NCBI GenBank assembly: GCA_951406725.2
Contig: OX597821.1
Coordinates: 47,864,001 to 47,928,000, forward strand
Direction of reading: 5' to 3'
Source: Octopus vulgaris
Taxonomy: Eukaryota
DNA length: 64,000 nucleotides
The notes under the pieces were generated by a model. That model saw only the letters and a list, made by a program, of their open reading frames with translations, did no database searches and was not told the DNA's origin. Numbering within the stretch: the stretch's first letter is position 1; the number at the start of each line of letters is the position of its first letter. This document shows positions 54,670 through 64,000 of the stretch, piece after piece. Position numbers and translations under genes: made by a program.

Positions 54670-55900
54670 TCTAGGTGATTAAATCAGCAATGGAAGAGGA
54701 TGTTCTGAAAGTATAGTTGCTAGAATAAGAATAGGATGGAGAAAGTTCAGAGAGTTATTACCTTTATTGGCAAAAAAAAAAAAAAGGTCTCTGTGTGAAA
54801 GTGAAAGGCAGATCGTATGATGCTTGTGTACAAATAGTCATGCTCCATGGCAGTGAGTCTTCAGCTCTGAATGTAGAGGACATGCAAAGTCTGAAGAGGA
54901 AGGAAGCTAGCATGCTCTGATGGATGTACAGCATCAGTGTGGATGACAAAGTACAAATGTGTTGAAAGAAGAATTAGACATAAGAGGAATCAGATGATGG
55001 TTTGGTCATGTGATGCCTATGAATGAGGAAAGCTGTATAAAGAAGTGCTGATTGCTTAAAGTGGATGGCACTTGTGGAAGAAGAAGACCCAAAAAGGTAT
55101 GGGATGAATTAGTGAGGGCCACTCTCAAGATGATGTGACTCATGGAGGCAATGACAATAGACCTAGATCTCTGGTGATATCTGGTTCTTGAGAAGACGTA
55201 CCCAGCTCAGTGAAACAGAGTTCTGGAAGTGCTGTGTATTATGTATTCTCCACATACACATTACATTAATTCAAACTCCTCACAAATGAATCAAACTACA
55301 TCTCGTCATGCACTTGACTCTCTCCCACCTGCTCCAACGGCCCAATGTCACTTTGTCATCTCTCTCTCCTGTTCTCACCTTGCTATTCCTCTGTGAATCT
55401 ATGTTCACAACTCTAAACATTCCCTTCTCATCCTCGTTTTCCTTTTGCACTCTTGCAAATTCCTTATTCTCTGACCCTGTCCAGTCCTCTGCACCTCTCC
55501 ACTCACATTCACTGCTTTGTACCTTGACACATCTTCACCACCATCTCCTCTCTCACTCTCTTTCTCTCTCTCTCTCACTCTAACTGGGGTAACCATGATA
55601 CCTCTTTCTGTCTCTCTGTCATAGTTTAATCTCTCATCACTTGGTACAAAGCCACCTTCCTAACACTCATCCTCTAAGTTGAGGGTTCTTTGTCTTGAAA
55701 GTTATGTGGTAATTTGCCATTACTGGTGGCATATGGAAAAAAACTTCCACTACACTCTGTAAAGTGGTTGGCCTTAGGAAGGGCACCCAGCTATAGAAAT
55801 CATGCCAAAGCTGAGAACAGAGCTGGCACAGTCCTCTCGCTTACCACCTCCTGTCAATCTGTCCAATCAATACCAGCGTGGATAACAGACAATAAATGAT
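54670..55900 (+). mobile_element. RTE LINE 3' portion with pyrimidine-rich UTR and family-B end
   Basis: ARIRIGWRKFREL, MLHGSE, WFGHV and GRRRPKKVWDE; then a CT-rich tract and AGGAAGGGCACCCAGC. Confidence 0.85.
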
Positions 55901-56284
55901 AATGTGAGGATAAATATTACCGTTTGGTATTAAAACTTCTGTTGCTGCTAATTATCTTTAGTAAGCCCACTGGCTATTTTGTGATTCCATTTATATTGCT
56001 AGCTAAGACATCACTGCTAACTCCAGCAGTTGAGCACCTACCATTGACAAGGCCAGGGAAAGAGGAAAGCATATAACCTGGTAGTCTCAACAGCAGCAAT
56101 GGCAATGATTTTTCTTTGCTAGCAAAGTAAGCACCAAAAGCCCATATGAGAGGTTCTCTCATGGGAAATATCACAGTATCCTGTGTTCTAAACATATCTA
56201 CCTTTAAGTGGGGATAAATACTACCACACACAAACACACATACGAGTGCACATATATATATGAGGTCACATATATATATATATA

Positions 56285-56560
56285 AGGGCACACAGACTAA
56301 TGGTTAGGATGTTGTACTCACAGTCATGAGTTCATGGATTCATTTTCTGGATTGAGTGACGCATTGTGTTCTTGAGGGAAACACTTCATCTTCCATTGTC
56401 TGTGATCACTTCAACATCTGATATGTGGCACACCAGGCACCTGGTCAGGCAACATCAGTTTGATGGAGGGAATGAGCTAATGTGCAGCATGAACACTTGA
56501 TCACTATAAATAAATAATCGGCGCAGGTTGTTCGACTAGAAATTGCAAAACTGCCTTCGT
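56285..56560 (+). mobile_element. tRNA-like SINE, family E
   Basis: CATTGTGTTCTTGAG..AACACTTCAT shared with 57105-57350 and 35155-35370. Confidence 0.7.
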
Positions 56561-56842
56561 CAGGACTCAAAAACTACCATTTGGACAGACAGACAGACAG
56601 ATATATATAGAGAGAATTGTAACAATGAAGTCAAATGAAAGAGTGATATTTTGAAATAATTCAGTACATATGTTTCAGGTTTGCATAATATATAAATAGG
56701 AAGTGCATTCATTATGCAAACTTTCCTCAGTTTAAAGTTAAGGCATTTCAAAAATGCAGATACTCTAACAATGCTTTAGAGAAGTTGGTTCTGTTTGACT
56801 AAAGTCAAAGATTCTGGTACTCTGCACCACTTCTTGGCATAC

Positions 56843-57074
56843 CTATTTCTTTACTACCCACAAGGGGCTAAACACAGAGGGGACAAACAAGGACAGACAA
56901 ACGGATTAAGTCGATTACATCGACCCCAGTGCATAACTGGTACTTAATTTATCGACCCCGAAAGGATGAAAGGCTAAGTCAATCTCGGCGGAATTTGAAC
57001 TCAGAACGCAGTGGCAGACGAAATACCACAAAGCATTTCGCCCGGCATGCTAATGATTCTACCAGCTCACCGCC
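56843..57074 (-). mobile_element. Young full-length family-A SINE
   Basis: CpG-rich; TSD TTCTTGGCATAC at 56831 and 57075. Confidence 0.93.
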
Positions 57075-57374
57075 TTCTTGGCATACTTTGAAATATATAT
57101 AGATCGTGATTTAAATTCCGAAACCAGGTACTGCATTGTGTTCTTGAACAAAACACTTCATCTCACGTTGCTCTGTGGTGATCACTTTGACACCTGATGC
57201 ATGGTACACAGCGCACCTGTTCAGACAATGTCGTTTGATGGAGAGAGTGAGCTAATGTGTGGCATGAACATTTAATCACTAGAAACAAATTATTTTACAG
57301 GTCGTTCAGCAAAAGCTGAATGCTCATATATCATCTTTGACAGGAGAGTTCATCATATTATATATATAAATATA

Positions 57375-57929
57375 TATATATATATAAAAAATTAGAAAAA
57401 AAACCACTTTTTATCAATTCAAAATGAACAAAATGAACAAAATGAACAAAGAGACCGATAGAATAAGTACTGGGCTTACAAAAAGAATAAGTCCCAGGGT
57501 CGAGTTGCTCGACTAAAGGCGGTGCTCCAGCATGGCCACAGTCAAATGACTGAAACAAGTAAAAGAGAGAAAAAGAGAAAGAGAGAATTAAATTACACTA
57601 TCTAGAAAATTACATATAATAGAAAAATTAAAATTAGAATAACAATAAAATGTCAAAGATTAAGTAAATTGCAAAAAATAATAATAAAAACGTATTAGGC
57701 GTATATAATACGTTTTTAATAAAAACGTATATAATACGTTTTTATATTATATACGTTTTTATTATTATTTTTTTTATTATTATTTTTTGCAATTTACTTA
57801 ATCTTTGACATTTTATTGTTATTTTAATTTTAATTTTTCTATTATATGTAATTTTCTAGATAGTGTAATTTAATTGTTCATCTTGAATTGATAAAAGGTG
57901 TTTTTTTTCTAATTTTTTTATATATATAT
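57375..57929. repeat. Near-perfect AT-rich palindrome with a SINE 3' fragment (57448-57585) in the left arm
   Basis: AATTAAATTACACTATCTAGAAAATTACATAT vs ATATGTAATTTTCTAGATAGTGTAATTTAATT, and further matches. Confidence 0.92.
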
Positions 57930-58009
57930 TATATTGTGTGAAATTTGATTTAGTATTTCTAAATTGAATTTTTTTTCCTTGTAAGTTTGGATTTTATTCC
58001 CTCAAATAA

Positions 58010-58072
<63 letters not shown>

Positions 58073-58089
58073 ATATATATATATGTATG

Positions 58090-58141
<52 letters not shown>

Positions 58142-59363
58142 CATATACATCATGTATATACATATACATCATGCTGGTGGCACATAAAAAGCACCATCCG
58201 ATCGTGGCCGTTTGCCAGACTCGTCTGGCACCAGTGCCGGTGGCATGTAAAAAGCACCCACTACACTCATGGAGTGGTTGGCGTTAGGAAGGGCATCCAG
58301 CCGTAGAAACATTGCCAGATCAAACTGGGCCTGGTGCAGCCTTCTGGCTTCCCAGACCCCAGTTGAACCGTCCAACCCATGCTAGCATGGAAAGCGGACG
58401 CTAAATGATGATGATGATGATGATGATACACACATACATTGTATAACAATTGAAACTGAGTCCTTAGTTGGGTGAAACATAAAATATGATTGTTCTTCTT
58501 ACTAAAAGTAGTTGGTGTATGTATATATTTGTTGGAGCTGAATGTTTGAGCAAGTTTGGTGTGTCTGAGTGAGTGTGTATGTGCATGTCTGTGTGTGTGT
58601 GTGTGTGTGTGTGCGTGTAAAGGTTGTTATAATCCAAACTGTGCCCTTGTGAAGCACAACTGCCCATTCACACAAATCAAATGTATGCATAGAGATGTTC
58701 TATTTTAAATGAGATATACATAGTAAATGAAAATTTTGGCAAATTATATTTGCAGAGTAATTCCATAGCAAAACAGAAGACAGACAAAATTGGGTATATT
58801 TTTAATTAATTAAAAATATACCAAACTTTTCCAGTCTCTTTTATCAAAATTATTCATCCCACATTTGACCCAACCAGATTGGTTTCATTCCATATTCATG
58901 AGCTCCAATATATTTAATTTACATACAAATTGCTGCATCCATAGAAAAATTGAAATCTTGTGTCAAACATACACCCATTCAACTTCTTATATCTATCTAT
59001 TCAAGTCATCAACTCAGCACATAAAATGAAGATTAAGCTGGAAAAAAGAAAGAGACCAGTGTTATCCATTTAGATGAATTTGAGGGAGATTATGAAAGCA
59101 AAACAAATGGAATTCTGTATATGTAAATACAAGTTTGATAATGTATAAATTACTTAGATATTTCCTCTAAACTCTTTATATATATACGTTTATATATTTG
59201 TTGTGCAAGATTTTTTATGTGAAGTCGTGTGTTGAAACAGACATTGTTGTATTTAGGAATGGTCATTTTGCAGTTTAGCCAATAAAAACACACGCACTAT
59301 ATATTTGGTGTTATTTTGCTTCAGTGTTATTTATTTTTTACATTAATCTTAATCTCATTTCAG

Positions 59364-59403
59364 CCAGAGTTCTTTCATCACACTCCTGTGACCGCATCAG
59401 TGG
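59364..59403 (-). ncRNA. Type I hammerhead, left-arm copy
   Basis: CCA CUGAUGC G GUCACA GGAG UGUGAU GAAA GAA CUC UGG. Confidence 0.72.
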
Positions 59404-59509
59404 TCCTTTGCTTTCTTCTTTCTTATTTGTGTCTCTCCTTACTAACCGTCAGCCATTTTGTATTTCTATTGTATGTTTCAATTGTTATACAATGTATGTG
59501 TGTATATAC

Positions 59510-59542
<33 letters not shown>

Positions 59543-59775
59543 CTTTTACTCTTTTAATTGTTTCAGTCATTTGACTATGGCCATGCTGGAGCACCACCTT
59601 TTTAGTCGAGCAAATCTACCCCAGGACTTATTCTTTGTAAGCCTAGTACTTACTCTATCGGTCTCTTTTGCAGAACTGCTAAGTTACAGGGAACGTAAGC
59701 ACATACAATAGAAATACAAAATGGCTGACGGTTAGTAAGGAGAGACACACAAATAAGAAAGAAGAAAGCAAAGGA

Positions 59776-59815
59776 CCACTGATGAGGTCACAGGAGTGTG
59801 ACAAAAGAACTCTGG
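59776..59815 (+). ncRNA. Type I hammerhead, right-arm copy
   Basis: CCA CUGAUGA G GUCACA GGAG UGUGAC AAAA GAA CUC UGG. Confidence 0.72.
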
Positions 59816-61034
59816 CCGAAATAAGATTAAGATTAATGTAAAAAATGAATAACGCTGAAGCAAAGTAACACCAAATATATAGTGCGTATGTTTTTATTGG
59901 CTGAACTGGCAAAATGACCATTCCGAAATACAACAATATCTTTATATATACATTATTTATATATTTCCTCAAACCAGTTCCTTGCTCATATTTACAGTTA
60001 CCTTACCTATGTTACAATATTATTCTCGTTATTCACAATTCCAGCAATATTTAGATATTTTCACCCTTACATATTATGCTAATGGCAGAAGGAATCTATC
60101 AAAACCTATGAAATTATGAATTCAAGTCTGTTTTTATCAAATTTAGATATTGTGGAAATTTGAAGCTCATTGAATTAAAGGGTCTCTGTTTTCTTGAAGG
60201 GTCTACACTTATAAATATTGGGGTGATGCAGGGTCAAAAACTGAAAATTACAACAAAAGTGTGTTGTAACTCTGAACAAATTTCTTGCTTTTATTCCATC
60301 TCGTAAGAAAAATACATTTTTTAAAAAACAGTTTTGCAATGGAAAGATAATACTTTTCTTGTTTTCATGATTTTTATTTTTTCAAGTTAGCAACCAAGCA
60401 AAAGAAAACCTATTCAAATGACTACAATAATCTGATTTTTTCTCAAAGATAAATTGAATAGCCCTATATGTGAGTGTGCATCACACAATTTAAACCTGTC
60501 AGTGGACAATAACCTGTTCTGTGTTAAATAATATGCAAGGTCAACAATTGTAGACTTTAAGATAAAATGGGTTAATTTTGTTTTTGATAAGGTGACAAGC
60601 TGGCAGAATCATTAGCATGCCGGGCAAAATGCTAAGTAGCATTTTGTCCATCTTTACATGCTGAGTCCAAATTCTGTTCAGGTCAACTTTGCCTTTCATC
60701 CTTTTGGGGGTCAATAAGATAAGTACTGGTTGAGTACTGGGGTCGATGTGATTGACTTAACCCCACCACTGCCCCAAAATACTGGCCTTGTGCCAATATT
60801 TGAAACCAATATAACATCTAAAATTTTAATACCATCACATAATATTTCTTTTTTAAAGTTTCATATTTAAATATACATCTTAATTAAAATTTGATTCAAA
60901 ATTCTCTAATACAATTAAGGCAACTTTTTTAAACTATACTCAATCTCTTTTGTTATGATTTAAATCTTATATTAGTTGCCATACAGACAATAACAGTCAT
61001 GTTGCCTTTAAAAAAAATAGAGAAGAGTTACTAC

Positions 61035-61140
61035 ATGACACCTTGGGCAAGTGTCTTCTACTATAGCCTTGAGTTGATCAAAGGCCTTATGAGTGGATTT
61101 GGTAGACAGAAACTGACTGAAGCTCATCATCATCATCATC

Positions 61141-61173
<33 letters not shown>

Positions 61174-61945
61174 TGTATGTGTGTATGCATGTATGTATGT
61201 ATGTATGTTGCGTTGGACTGGACACCTTATTAGAATGGAGGATAGAAGGATTCCTAAGCAGATGCTCTATGGAGAACTTGTGAATGGGAGGAGACTCCGG
61301 CAGAAACCAAGGCTGCGATTTAAGGACTATGTCAAGTCCTCGTTAAAGGCCTTTGATATGCAGGACACTGACTGGGAGAACAATGCCTGTCATCGCCACA
61401 AATGGAGGAAGCAGGTTAAGGAGGGGAATGACACTTTTGAGAGAGCACGTATCCAGCATGAAGAACTTAAGCGAGCTGCACGAAAGCGCACGGCTCGTAT
61501 AGTGAATGGGGAAAGCTTGGTCTGCAATGTTTGCAGTCGTGTATGCTTGTCAAGAGCAGGGCTCATTAGCCACCAACGGAGCCGCAGATGCAAAATATAA
61601 GTTTGTCCTAGAGCGCACAATGTTCCTGAAGGTCAGCAATGGTCTTCCTCGGTCACGAGTGGACGGCCACCATGTATGTATGTATGTTTGTATGTATATG
61701 TATATATCTATATGTGCATGTCTTTGTGTCTGTGTTTGTCTCCCCGTCACTACTTGACAACCAAATGGCATTGATGCACTAACATCCCTGTACACTAGCA
61801 GTTCATTAAAACAAACTGATTGAATAAGTACTAGGCTTGCAAAGAATAAGTCCTAGAGTTGATTTGTTCAAGTAAAAAAATCTCACCAAGGTGGTGCTCC
61901 AGCATGGCCACAGTCAAATGACTCAAACAAGTAAGAGAATACAAG
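61035..61945 (+). mobile_element. Family-C SINE split by an RTE insertion in its internal microsatellite
   Basis: Head CCTTGGGCAAGTGTCTTC at ~61041; tail GCTCCAGCATGGCCACAGTCAAATGAC at ~61896. Confidence 0.75.
61208..61672 (+). mobile_element. 5'-truncated RTE LINE with open C-terminal frame
   Basis: LRWTGHLIRMEDRRIPKQMLYGEL..RFKD..CNVCSRVCLSRAGLISHQR*; (TATG)n on both sides. Confidence 0.93.
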
Positions 61946-62054
61946 AAATGAATAAAATAAAATACACACATACAGCTGAAAGGCTGGGTAACAATTTGCT
62001 ATTAGTGACTAGACAGAAGAAGTATTAGTACTGAATGTTTGTGTGTGTGTGTAT

Positions 62055-62091
<37 letters not shown>

Positions 62092-62452
62092 AGTGTGTAT
62101 GAGAGCGTGTGTGTGTGTGTGCCTGTGTGTTTTATGTGTGTACACCTGATGACATCATACAAGGTGGAAATGACAAAGGAGAGCAATAAAATCTTGTTTC
62201 ATTCTAACCACACGCAAAGAGCTAGAGTTGATATACGTTGTGCTGCTGCTGTTGCAGTTGTTGCTATACTTTTATGTTGTTGTTGTTAGTCTGCTACTAC
62301 AACTTGTCTAGACACGTTTTAAGAAAGAACAATAGCAACTTAAACTGTCAGGGCATCTTCCAGTGAAAAAGTACTTTAAATAATGAATAATAATAATTAA
62401 TAATCAATAATAGTAATAATCAATAATGATGTACTCTTCAATAATGATGATG

Positions 62453-62504
<52 letters not shown>

Positions 62505-62523
62505 TGATAATGATAATAATAAG

Positions 62524-62555
<32 letters not shown>

Positions 62556-62623
62556 TAATGATATTGATAATAATGATGATGATAATAATAATGATGATGA
62601 TAATAATAATGATGATAATAATA

Positions 62624-63138
62624 GATCTTAACTGATTGGAAGTATTATCATGTACATTGTTTTGTCTTGGTATAAAAGATGGGCTACAGCAAATATTCTG
62701 CTCAATACCACAGATTTGCTTGTCAGTTGTTTGACCTTAACCAGTTGAGCATGTCCCTTAGTGGCTGACGATATGTGCATCTCTGATCACGAGCAGAAGT
62801 AGTGGGGGAGCATCATAGCCATGTGTTGAGAAGGATTCTTTGGGGTTTGAATAATTCACCTCTGGAAACATGGGTGTTTCGTTCAACGTCCTTAAACAAC
62901 CCTTATTCAGGGAACTTTTGAGCGGGATGGGTTACTCGATCTGAAGAAAATTCTAACTGGGCCCCACCTGCAAGGTCATGTGCTGTTTATCTTGATATGA
63001 GATCACCATGTCGCGCACATATGGCTGTGATGCATGTGCCTGGTGTACCCTTATCAGACGGGTAGTCATGATGGGTATACTGGGCTTCGTATATTTTACC
63101 CCAGTGTCACTTTGATGGCATGCACTGCTCGCTCACTC
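62624..63138 (+). mobile_element. Second copy of the (TAA)n-embedded element, ~40 bp shorter at one end
   Basis: Reverse complement of 48210-48722; TAA/TGA repeats on both sides. Confidence 0.85.
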
Positions 63139-63153
63139 AATAATAATAATAAC

Positions 63154-63188
<35 letters not shown>

Positions 63189-63226
63189 TAATAATAATGA
63201 TGATGATAACAATAATATTGATGATG

Positions 63227-63284
<58 letters not shown>

Positions 63285-64000
63285 TAATAATTTCAGATTT
63301 TGGCACAAGGCCAGCTAGTTCAGGGGAGGGAATAAGTTGATTAGATCAACCCAGTACTCAACTGGTACTTATTTTATTGACCCCAAAACAATGAAAGTCA
63401 AAGTCAACCTCAGCACAATTTGAACCCACAATGTAATGATTTGGAAGGGCTGCTGCTAATTTTTCCAGCTCACTGCCTTAACAACAACATTAACAACAAC
63501 AACAGCTATGAAAATAATAATAATGATAATCCTTTCTATTATAGACACAAGGCCTGCAGTTTAGGGGGAAGGTACTAGTTGATAATATCAACGCCAGTGT
63601 ATCACTGGTACTTAATTTATCAACCCTTAAAGGATGAAAGACTAAGTCAACCTCAACAGAATTTGATCCTAGAATGTGAAGACAGACGAAATACCCCTAA
63701 GCATTTCGCCTGGTGTGCTAATGATGATGATGATGATGATGATAATGACGATTAATTTGAATTTTTTCTTCTATGGAAGGAAGAGCAAGCCTTTTTCTAT
63801 CATACTCTCAATTTTGGTCAACTTGTGCCACAGGGTCTCGGAGGAGATAGTGTTAGTTGAAGGCTACCAAACCTGCCATACACAGACAACTTCAGCTTTA
63901 TATATATAGAGATATCAAATAAGATTGGAACCAGGTGCAGCTCTCCAGCTTATCAACTCCAGTCAACCTCTCTAACCCATGCCGGCATGGAGAATGACGA

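Larger units (their letters stand above)
59239..59941. repeat. Inverted pair of ~240-bp PLE-like ends with a (TA)n and SINE-tail spacer
   Basis: Arms at 59239-59476 and 59701-59941; SINE tail at 59540-59700. Confidence 0.93.

Noticed and set aside
62146-62180. CUGAUGA CAUC..GGUG GAAA
   Set aside because: No cleavage triplet or stem I partner.

Overview
AT-rich, repeat-dominated animal DNA. The SINE families, dense microsatellites and Penelope/RTE/R4 load suggest an octopod cephalopod; this is inferred from repeat content, not from a search. No intact host gene is supportable, and most ORFs in the track are microsatellite translations or antisense frames of transposons. Retroelements: a Tx1/L1 LINE (ORF1 plus endonuclease only), RTE fragments, four R4/Dong-like fragments, Penelope-like (PLE) RT and GIY-YIG relics, several SINE families, and two copies of a ~550-bp (TAA)n-embedded non-coding element. 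DNA transposons: mariner, Tc1 (one with DD36E spacing), maT-like, rosa-like and Tigger relics, plus hAT and piggyBac-like MITEs. The most striking signal is not in the ORF track: about ten minimal type I hammerhead-ribozyme motifs from several unrelated sequence families, most with a self-complementary stem III/loop 3. Several sit in short (TA)n-inserted elements or in divergent inverted pairs, and three long palindromes span about 0.55-1.35 kb. All coordinates and pairings were read by eye; boundaries of degraded elements are approximate.
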